A stretch of 64,000 nt of DNA. Source: the human T2T-CHM13v2.0 reference genome, Homo sapiens. The notes under the pieces were generated by a model. That model was not told the DNA's origin. It was given only the letters and a program-made list of their open reading frames with translations, and did not search any database. The position numbers and the translations under genes are program-made. Location of the stretch: assembly GCF_009914755.1 (NCBI RefSeq), contig NC_060936.1. The stretch is one strand, 5' to 3'. Below are positions 13,054 to 28,119 of this stretch, piece by piece (the stretch's first letter is position 1; every line of letters begins with the position of its first letter).

Positions 13054-15364
13054 CATGGCTAGACACAAATTCCCTACAGAGAAACTTTCCACTAATTATC
13101 TAAATTTTACACTAACATCGGTGACATAATGTAAGTTCCAAATTTCAGCAACTCTTCTCTTGAATATTTTTATGTAACATATTGGAGGTTGTAGTTTTTC
13201 TCATTGGGTAGGTGTTTCCCAATTATAATCTTACTTTAAATTTTCTTTAAGTGTAAAAATGATTTTAATTGATAGTGTCTGTGCATAAAACAATTTTGGG
13301 TAATTAAACATACCTGAATGACAGTAGATCATATTGATTGGTCAGCAATTAACCATAATTAGGAACAAAACAAAATGAAGCAAAAGATAAAATGATCAAT
13401 TTGTTAATATAAATAGACACACCTTAAGATTTCATTTGTTCTTGAAAATCCTATCTGTCCTAAATTCAAAGGATGATGTCGAATATTATAATCATATCCT
13501 AAACAGTCTCTAGCATTCTCCCTAAATTATCACATAAATTATTGTGTATGGAGTAAAGACAACCAGGCTCTGTCTAGGTTTAATGGAAAAGTCCATTCTG
13601 AGAGGTAGCTGGATCAATGGGATCTTCAACTATAAATAACATATATTATCCTTCTGAATTTTTCTACCGATTGGTTTATAACCCTTCATATTCATTATCT
13701 TGTTTCAAGCTCACAAAATCCCCAGCATTAGTCAGAATAGCCATTGCATCCTGTTTTGTTTAAAAAAAAAAGAAAAAGAAAAAGTGCTCAGAAAACTGGT
13801 GTCATTTTTGTTTATTGCAGAGGAAAGTCTAGAACGCAGGTGTTCTGCTGCTCCCACATTGCCTTGTACCTTAATTCTCTAAAACATACACATTGCTTTT
13901 TTGGCTAACAAATAGCTCATACTTCAAAAGTTCCAAGGGCATATTTTTCTTTCCAAATCCTTAACAATTGAAAAATCCATCTGGTCTCTGAAAATTGGTC
14001 TCTGAATATAAGGACAGTGCTGGTCAGAAGTAGATTCTGGGCTGGTGGGCTGCAAAAACCTAGTCTCATGTCCTATGCAGAAGACACTTGTGCTACCTAG
14101 TCTGATTTTCCATGCAACCCAAGTGCACAGTTTCCAGTCAGCTTGGAACCCAAATAAAACCCAAGAAAAATGTTCAAGCAAGACTTTCCCAATGGTTACT
14201 TCTAAGCAGGCTGCTCATATGCCACTGCCATCCTTTAGCACATTGCCCTAACTTCATTAAACACTTTTAGGAATATATATGTGTGTATATATATGAAAAG
14301 TCTTTATTTAATAAAACCTTATACTTTAGGCATTATGTTATATTTCCAAGAACTTTAGTCATTTTTCACATTAAAGTCTTGAACTTCCCTAATTAAACTG
14401 TGAATATTAAAATAACTCTGTGTAAATAGCAAATAACTGGGAGTGAGTGACATTCAGTGGACATTCATAATCAGTTATTGACCACCCCTTAAATACACAC
14501 ACCACAAATACAATCTCCACAATGTTCCCTACTCTATCGTTCAATACATTTTATGCATCGATTATTACATACTAATGGGCTGTGTAATATCCTTTCCAGA
14601 TTTCATTGTAGGTATTTTATTAAAATGAATAGATTCAATTATAGAAAAAAAATTAAGTCCTTTCCTACTGCTGTTCATTTTAATTGTAAGTAGTTAAGCA
14701 TTTATATTTTGCACTCTTTGGTTTGCTACATGTGTGATCTGATTCCCATTGGTAACTCCTTGCATATTACCTTTATATTGTAGGTAGTCCAGGTTGTGAA
14801 TTTCTGAGGTTATGTTGTACACATTCCATTTTTAGCACATACATAAACATTTGCCATCTTCAGAGTTTGCAACAGGAGAAAATAATTTCATTCATTCATT
14901 CATTTATGCCACAAATATTTATTGTTTGCCTACTATGTATCAGGCACTGTCTTAGTTACTGATAACAGATTAGTGGAGGAAAAAAGAGAGAGATAAATAT
15001 CCTTGCAGTGATGATGTTCTAATTTGGGAAGACAGACTACAAAGTTAAAAGTAAAATGTATAATATGACAGATGGCGATACATACTAAGAGAAAACTAAA
15101 GCACAAAAAAAGGTTGGAGAATTCCAAGGGTAGGCAGATTTTAAATAGATTGTTTGCCATTCCAGGATGGTATCCTTCCTGAAAAGACCTAAGGAAGATG
15201 AGAAAGCAAGCCATACAGATATCTTGAAAACACCACATGCAAAGCAAACAGTAAGTGCAAAAGCTCTGAGGCAGAAATGTGCACAGTGTCCTAAGATTAA
15301 CCCAGAGGCAGGTATGTCAGGAGCAGAGTAAACTAAGTGGAGAGTAAAAGGAGATAAGAGCAGT

Positions 15365-15454
15365 GTTGATGGCCATATCACCCTAAGCATGCCAGACCTT
15401 GTCTGATCTCAGAAGCTAAGGAGGGTCTGGCCTGGTTAGCATTTGAGTAGGAGA
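15365..15454 (+). pseudogene. 5S rRNA pseudogene (first ~90 nt, 3'-truncated)
   Basis: ggccatatcaccctaagcatgccagaccttgtctgatctcagaagctaaggagggtctggcctggttagca matches 5S rRNA GGCCATACCACCCTGAACGCGCCCGATCTCGTCTGATCTCGGAAGCTAAGCAGGGTCGGGCCTGGTTAGTA with CpG decay. Confidence 0.92.
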
Positions 15455-15574
15455 TTTTAAGATCGACACACAACAATAAATTATATTTCTACATACTAAC
15501 AATAAACATGCAGAAACTTAAACACATAATACCATTTATAATCACTCCTAAGAAAATAAAATACTTAGGATAAA
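15455..15574 (+). mobile_element. Short internal L1 ORF2 fragment fused to the 5S copy
   Basis: Homologous to the ORF2 'KINVQKS.AFLYTNN...[14 protein letters not shown]' region (compare 33277-33400). Confidence 0.75.
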
Positions 15575-15847
15575 AGGGCAGGGAGGTCATGGTAAAAATT
15601 GGATAGGGCCTGAATGCTACTGTAAGGACCTTGATTTTTACTCTAAGTCAGATAGGAAGCCATGACTTGATATACATTCTTTCTAAATAAATGTTAAGTC
15701 CAGTGACGCTCTAGACAGAGCATCCCTGCATGGTGAGTAGCCCTGCAGAGTCCCCCTGCATGGTGACTCAGTGACCCAGGTGGCCTCTAGTTGTGGCTCT
15801 ACTATTTCAACACTCAGTTGGCATATTCACTGAGAAGGGGAAAGTGA

Positions 15848-16195
<348 letters not shown>

Positions 16196-19100
16196 AGGAC
16201 TTTTTCTTCCACTCACAGTCCATTGTCAACAACTAATCAGAAGCCCCAGAAAATATAGTTCTCCCAGGAGAAATGGAAAACTAAATTTCATTGAGCACCA
16301 GTAATGTTTACTATTTGGGGCAAAGGTAGAAGCAGTGAGGCCAGGTAAGAGAAAATTGCAGTTAGCCAGAAAAGATGATGACAACTGCTTGAACCATGTT
16401 GGTAGCTGAAGACATATTCTGAATATATTTTGAAGGTAGGAGCAATAGGATTTACTGATCAATTTCGAATGGGGGATTTTAGAGAGGAGGTAAGTTGGAA
16501 GGATGGAGTTTCCCATTTACTGAGCAGAGAAGACTTCAGAAGTAGTGCATTTAATGGGAATATCAAGAGTTTGGTTTTGAAACACTGAATCTAAAATTTC
16601 CATGGAACGCCCAACTTGAGATGTTGGGTAGATAGTTGGGTATATGAGCGTGGAGTTCAAAAGATAGATAAATGTAGGTATCATCCACATAGTGACAGTA
16701 TTTACAGCCATATAACATAGAGAGATACCTAAAAAGCATGTGTAGATTTAAAAAAAAAAAAAGAAAGAAACAAAGAAAAAGTTCAAGGACTGAGGGCTGA
16801 GATCTAGGGCATTTAAACTTTTACAATTTTGGTAAATGAATAGGACAAGCAAAGGATCTTAAGATAAAGCAACTATGAATCAGGAGAAAAAAACAGCAAT
16901 GTGCAGTGTTGCATAAATGAAGTGTAAATAATGTATAAAGGAGAGAGTAATCAACATGGCCCAGTCCTCCTAATACACCAAGTTAGATGAGGACTGATAA
17001 TTGGCCATTGAATTTAGCAACATGGAGGTCATTGCTAACCTCAACAGAAGCTATTTTGTGGAATGGCAGAGAGGAAAGCCAATTAGAGTTCTTCAGGAGC
17101 AGAAAAATGGGTGGTAATTGGAGCAGGATGTGGGAGAAATTTAGTATGTCTGTATGCTGATGAGACCAATCCAACAGAGAGAGAATCGAGGAATACGCAG
17201 GCAAGGCAGGGGATATTCCTGGGGTGATATGTTTAGTAAAGGACAAGAAATGGGTTCTGACACTTTGGTGGGGGGTTTCTCTCTGAGAAGAGCATCATAG
17301 TTTCATCCATTGAAATGGAGAGAAGTCAAAATATCTGGGCACAAATGCGAGTAGGTGGGAAACCGTGATGATAGGAACCAGGGGGACATCTTTCTGATAG
17401 CTTCTGTTTTCTCAGTGAAATAGAAGCAAAGTCACCATCTAGAGTTAGAATGAAAGAGGTTTGAGAAGAGAGAGGCAAGCTTGTTGTCTAGCGTGTTGTA
17501 GGAGAGTGAATGAACTAGGGGATGGAACACGATTTCCAGACTGCTCTGGGGGACATTTGTTAGTGATCATGAACTTGAAGTTAGGCCAATCAGCATTGCT
17601 GGATGTTTTTCTCCAGCCATGGTCGACAGCGTAGGTACAGGGGCAGGTGTGAAATGGCCAAAAAGTTGGGTTTTAAGAAGTCTCATTTACATTGATCATG
17701 ATCTTGCCACTAAAATTCTTGATTATGTTAACCATCTCCTTACCCACAGATGCCCTGAGACTGGGGAATCACTGTAGAGTCTGCCTTCCACACTCCAGTC
17801 TAAATCTACTCGCTCTTTGTTTCCAAACGCATTATCTATACCTAGTTTCCTCTTAGTGCCCACTGCCTCTGCCAGGACTGTTTATCTTATTCCTACTTGA
17901 CTGTGAAGGATATGGCTCCAATTTTTCTCAAGTGCTCAGCAGCCTCTGGGCCAGTTTCTCACATCTCCACCTCTCCCTTCATGTTAAGGCCTGTCTGCAG
18001 CTCCCAGCCTGGATCAGCACCCTGAGTCAGGGTGTTCAGAATGTGGATTGGAGTGAAGCAGTCCTATCACAGAGACCTGTTCTCTGATAAAATAAGAATG
18101 GACTGAACACCACTGAGAGAAGAAACAAGAAATCTCGGGCCCCGTCTTACCACTCTGAGCCCCATCTGCTTTTCTGCTTCATCCAGGAGCCAATCCAGAG
18201 ACAGTTTGGATTGCGAGTGACATAGGGTGACAGATTGCATCATAGAGCCTTTGCTCCTTACCTCAAATTAGACCAATTCTTTCACAGTCCAGATGGTTAA
18301 TGCTGCTGCGAAGACCTCAGCAACATGTTGAGCTTACCACCCAAATAACTTGCTCCTGGGGAAATTTTAGAAACTGTTATCTAAACAAATGGGAGGTCAG
18401 CTTATTTTGTTGGAAAAAAAGAGTCTCTACAGAAACATTTGGGCAGGTTTCAGTTTGGGCAAAAAGCATTTCATTCATTTCATTTTAACGGTCACTGTTG
18501 AATAAGCATGAAAAATGTTTTTCATTAGTCCTTCTTCCATATTATACCTGACATTCAGAGGAAAACATGAATTTTTCCTGTGCTTAACAAATATTCTGTA
18601 GTGATATGGAGCAGCAGGAGAGATGCAAAAGGAATGGTAATTTCACAAAATGAAAAGGCTTGGGCTAAAACAGCTCATTTATTCCCAGGAAGGAGCAAGA
18701 CCATGCTAGCACATGATAAAAATAAACTGATGAAATTTCTAATACTGGAGATTATGATTAAAGACAATTTATAATCGGTCTGAAAATGAAATGGGGAGGA
18801 ATGCTTCATTTTTGTTATTTGCTTCAACCTAATTTATTTTCTCACACCCCATTCATTCAACAGGGGACCCCCAACAGTCTCTCCATAGGTAGAACTTTTT
18901 GCCTCATGCTCTGACTAATGCTTATAACCACACAAATAGCTTATTTTGCCAGCTTCTTTTATTGCTATGTCTAGGATTTTAACACTAATGTGATTTTCCT
19001 TTATTTTTAATGTTCTGAAATTAATCGTACATGTGTAATATCTAGTTTTGAAATGTAAATGCCTTTGACATTTTGCTTTAATTCCAATGTGAATGGTAAT

Positions 19101-19435
19101 TTAAGGGTTTTATAATAAAGATGAACCAACCTATACAATGAATACATAAACAGGGAACAGGAATATACAAAAGTAAAAGAAGGTTTTTGTAATGTGTTCT
19201 CTGTAGATTCCACTGGAGTGGGAGAATAGTGTGAGTTCATTTCTAATACTTCATCACAAAATTAAAGATAGAAAAGAGCTAGTTCAGAATGTTACCTGTT
19301 TAAATAACTTATTTTAGGCTAGTTAGTGGTTGTGAATACCAGTAATAGTAAGTAGAAAAAAAGAAAATGGTGGCTACTTTGACGAAAGAATGAGAAAAGC
19401 AAACAAGTAATTGACATCTAAAAGGAATACTTCCC

Positions 19436-19748
19436 GGACGGGCACGGTGGCTCTCGCCCGTAATCCCAGCACTTTGGGAGGCCGAGGTGGGCGGATCACG
19501 AGGTCAGGAGATGGAGACCATCCTGGCTAACACGGTGAAACCCCGTCTCTACTAAAAACACAAAATGTAGCCGAGCGTGGTGGCGGGCACCTGTAGTCCC
19601 AGCTACTCAGGAGGCTGAGGCAGGAGAATGGTGTGAACACTGAAGGCAGAGGTTGCAGTGAGCCGAGATGGCACCACTGCACTCCAGCCTGGGCAACAGA
19701 GCGAGACTCCATCTCAAAAATAAATAAATAAATAAATATAATTTTTAA
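19436..19748 (+). mobile_element. Alu (AluY-like)
   Basis: gatcacgaggtcaggagat.gagaccatcctggctaacacggtg; TSD aaaaggaat(a/g)cttccc at 19420-19435 and 19749-19764. Confidence 0.95.
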
Positions 19749-19809
19749 AAAAGGAATGCTTCCCTTAAGCTGACGTAAGCAAAAACTTGCTAAAGTGTAA
19801 CATGGAATT

Positions 19810-20025
19810 TGCATTGAGCACTAATTATGAGCCCGGGAATGTGCTGCATACTTTACCTGAATTGTCTGATTTATCCTCATACAGCTGTATGAGCACTCCT
19901 GTTATTTTTTCTTTATTTGCGGATGAAGAGACTAAAGTTCAGAGAAGTGAAATAACTTGCACAAGGTCACACAACTAGTAAATGGCAGAGGCATGATTTA
20001 AAATCAAGTCAATCTGACTCCAGAC
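19810..20025 (-). mobile_element. MIR SINE
   Basis: gatgaagagactaaagttcagagaagtgaaataacttgcacaaggtcacacaactagtaaatggcagag is the MIR core. Confidence 0.85.
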
Positions 20026-21559
20026 TTATTTTGTACAAAGATAATTTCTTAAAATATGTATTTTCATAAAAATCTTCTTAAAATGTATAAATAGCAAACA
20101 ACTTTTAAAATGTATAGAATATCTTCTTAAAATGTACAGAAGAAAAAGAATCTTCTTAAAATATATAGACTAGCAAAAGTCTGATAATAAAAGTGCATAC
20201 CCATTAAAAGTTAAATGACATCTGATGTTAAAATTTTATTAGTACAGAATGTGACACAAAATAGCACTTATTTCTCCATGAGCTTTGCAGTAAGCCCTGA
20301 TCAACCTTCAAAGGAATCCTCCTGAGTTTACATGAGTTGGAAAATATGTTTTCCTGGCTCGTTAAAGTGGAACCAATCTCCTCCGTGTGGTAGAGAGAGG
20401 CAGTACATGATTCCCTAAGTATTTACCCTGAGGTTGAAATAGCATTCCTACAATTTACTTCGTTCCTCTTAACTTATACCTCTCAGAAGCTCAGTGGAAG
20501 CATTGGAAAAGGTTACTACCTTACTTCTAATTCTGCGATTTTGTTCCAAGAACTGGAAGATCCATTCTGGACTGAATCCTATGAGGTACACAAAGGAAAA
20601 TGATCTCATCTTCTCACTGTGGAGACATCCATTCTCCAACTCTTTGGGGATAATCTGATAGAATGCATTCCTTAGGTTGTTCTGGTGAAGGAGAATTACA
20701 GTAATAGTTTCAGCTAACACAGTCAAATTGCATTTTTCCTCACATGAACTGATGTATCAGCAAAAAACTAACAGTCTTTTTTTTAGCAAAACAGGAAATA
20801 TAAAGTTATTTTTAAAAGAAACCTGGAACATAAATAGGGAAAATAAGTACATAATAGGTTATAAAGTATTAATAAGCTTTTGACAGTTCATACAATTCTT
20901 TCAGATAAAATTTTATTTATTTTGATAATGATCCCTTGAGTTGAGTAGGGCAGATATTATTATATTCATTTAACAGAAAAGACAATGGAAGGTCAAAAAG
21001 GTCAAGCCGCTCATCTGGGGTTACATGGATTGAAATTAACACTTCTGAGCTCCAGCACAGGTCTTTTGACTCTGTCAAGATTTAATATTGATAAAATGTT
21101 TATTATAATATCTGGAAGCTTTTTTGGACAATTATTTCATTAAACAGAAAGCTTTCCTGGGGTTTTTCCTGCAGATTAATACTTCTCACTGCATGTCTAC
21201 CCACGCCACAGTATTTCACAGTATAAAATTCCAATGATAAGACATCATCACCCTTCTTGTCCCTAGGATCACAACAAACATCAGTCAGTGCCTGTGATGT
21301 GTTACTCTGTATCTGATATTTTCAAATATTAACTGTTTCAATAAGCAGGAAAATGCTAATGAGGTATATATCATTGTTCTTTTTTGTACAGAAGAATCTA
21401 GGAGAGGAAGCAATTATCTTAACAATGCTATTAAGTAACTATATCAATCAGGCAGATAGCCTGGCACCCATGCTGTGGTTAGTAACAAAATCAAAGACCT
21501 CAGTGAGTTACAATCTCAAAGGTATATTTAGAGCCAACAAGTACTAATGTACTAAGCAG

Positions 21560-22541
21560 ATTCTGCACAGCAAAAGAAACTATCATCAGAGTGAACAGGC
21601 AACCTACGGAATGGGAGAAAATTTTTTCAATCTACCCATATGTCAAAGGCCTAATATCCAGAATTTACAAGGAACTTGAACAAATTTACAACAAAAAACC
21701 AAACAACCCCATCAAAAGTGGGCAAAGGATATGAATAGACCACTTCTCAAAAGAAGACATTTACGTGGCCAACAAACATATGAAAAAAAAACGCTCAACA
21801 TCACTGATCGTTAAGAAATGCAAATCAAAACTACAATGAGATACTATCTCATGCAAGTCAGAATAGTGATTATTAAAAAGTCAAGAAACAATAGATGCTA
21901 GTGAAGCTGTGGAGAAATAGGACTGCTTTTACACTGTTGATGGGAATGTAAATTAGTTCAACCATTGTGGAAGATGGTGTGGCAATTCCTCAGGGATCTA
22001 GAACCAGAAATACCATTTGACCCAGCAATCCTATTACTGGGTATATACCCAAATGAATATAAATCATTCTGCTATAAAGACACATGCACACATATGTTTA
22101 TTGCAGCACTATTTACAATAGCAAAGACATGGAACCAACCTGAATGCCCATCAATGATAGACTGCATAAAGAAAATGTGGTACATATACAACAAGGAATA
22201 CTATGCAGCCATAAAAAGGAATGAGATCATGTCCTTTACAGGGACATGGACGGAGCTGGAAACCATTATCCTCAGCAAACTAATTCAGGAACAGAAAACC
22301 AAATACTGCATGTTCTCACTTATAAGTGGGAGTTGAACAATGAGAACACATGGACACCAGAAGGGGAATAACACACACCAGGGCCTGTGGGAGGATGGGG
22401 GCCATGGCGAGGGAACTTAGAGGACAGGTCAATAGGTGCAGCAAACCACCATAGCACACTTACACCTATGTAACAAACCTGCATGTTCTGCACATGTATC
22501 CCAGAACTTAAAGTAAAATATAAAATAATAAAAAAAAATAA
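21560..22541 (+). mobile_element. 5'-truncated older L1PA (~L1PA8-10) 3' end
   Basis: ORF 21965-22336 is the ORF2 C-terminus (PEIPFDPAI...CMFSLISGS), followed by 3'UTR and A-tail. Confidence 0.9.
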
Positions 22542-23210
22542 TGGAATCATTCTTATCTACAACAATGTATAAATTCTAATTAACTAGTTAACAATATATT
22601 TTATACAAATGGGCAAAAAATATTTTGAACTTGATATCTCAATAGGTTAAGTCCTAAGTTTTCTACATTTAGATCATAGATTATAATAGTTGATTAGCCG
22701 CAAACAAGATATGTGAGGGAACGATTGGAAGTTCTGAAGGTTATTCTCTGGAAAAGATATTCTCCCTTAAAAGTCCTCTCTTACTAACATTTTAATTAGT
22801 CCAAGCTTGGGTATTTTAACTGAATTCAGGGGACCATGTTTTATATTTTTCCTAGATGAGCAATTCACAATGAATTAACACTTCTGCTTTTTTGGCTTAT
22901 ACATAAGTTTATTATGAAGTAAAGTCAAGATCTGAGGTAATTATCCAGAAATTTAGAGCCTTAGCTTTCTTAGACATATTCTTTTTTTTTTCTTTTTTTT
23001 TTTTTTTATTATACTTTAAGTTTTAGGGTACATGTGCACATTGTGCAGGTTAGATACATATGTATACATGTGCCATGCTGGTGTGCTGCACCCACTAACT
23101 CGTCATCTAGCATTAGGTATATCTCCCAATGCTATCCCTCCCCCGCCGCCACCCCACAACAGTCCCCAGAGTGTGATGTTCCCCTTCCTGTGTCCATGTG
23201 ATCTCATTGT

Positions 23211-27052
<3,842 letters not shown>

Positions 27053-27100
27053 TTATTTTGCTCGGTAGTTGATGCAGTTTCTTTGTAGTCTTGATGGTCT

Positions 27101-28116
27101 TTACATTTTGGCATGATTTTGCAGCGGCTGGTACCGGTTGTTCCTTTCCATGTTTAGCGCTTCCTTCAGGAGCTCTTTTAGGGCAGGCCTAGTGGTGACA
27201 AAATCTCTCAGCATTTGCTTGTCTGTAAAGTATTTTATTTCTCCTTCACTTATGAAGCTTAGTTTGGCTGGATATGAAATTCTGGGTTGAAAATTCCTTT
27301 CTTTAAGAATGTTGAATATTTGGCCCCTCTCTATTCTGGCTTCTAGAGTTTCTGCCGAGAGATCCGCTGTTAGTCTGATGGGCTTCCCTTTGAGGGTAAC
27401 CCGACCTTTCTCTCTGGCTGCCCTTGACATTTTTTCCTTCATTTCAACTTTGGTGAATCTGACAATTATGTGTCTTGGAGTTGCTCTTCTCAAGGAGTAT
27501 CTTTGTGGCGTTCTCTGTATATCCTGAATCTGAACGTTGGCCTGCCTTGCTAGATTGGGGAAGTTCTCCTGGATAATATCCTGCAGAGTGTTTTCCAACT
27601 TGGTTCCATTCTCCCCATCACTTTCAGGTACACCAATCAGACGTAGATTTGGTCTTTTCACATAGTCCCATATTTCTTGGAGGCTTTGCTCATTTCTTTT
27701 TATTCTTTTTTCTCTAAACTTCCCTTCTCGCTTCATTTCATTCATTTCATCTTCCATTGCTGATACCCTTTCTTCCAGTTGATCGCATCGGCTCCTGAGG
27801 CTTCTGCATTCTTCACATAGTTCTCGAGCCTTGGTTTTCAGCTGCATCAGCTCCTTTAAGCACTTCTCTGTATTGGTTATTCTAGTTACACACTCTTCTA
27901 ATTTTTTTTCAAAGTTTTCAACTTCTTTGCCTTTGGTTTGAATGTCCTCCCGTAGCTCAGAGTATTTGATCATCTGAAGCCTTCTTCTCTCAGCTCGTCA
28001 AAGTCATTCTCCATCCAGCTTTGTTCCGTTGCTGGTGAGGAACTGCGTTCCTTTGGACGAGAAGAGGCGCTCTGCTTTTTAGAGTTTCCAGTTTTTCTGC
28101 TCTGTTTTTTCCCCAT
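27101..28116 (-). pseudogene. L1-A ORF1, stop at codon 49; residual 290-aa ORF 27101-27973
   Basis: ATG at 28116 reads MGKKQSRK...FR then TGA (CGA>TGA) plus a 1-bp deletion; downstream ORF matches ORF1p. Confidence 0.92.
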
Positions 28117-28119
28117 CTT

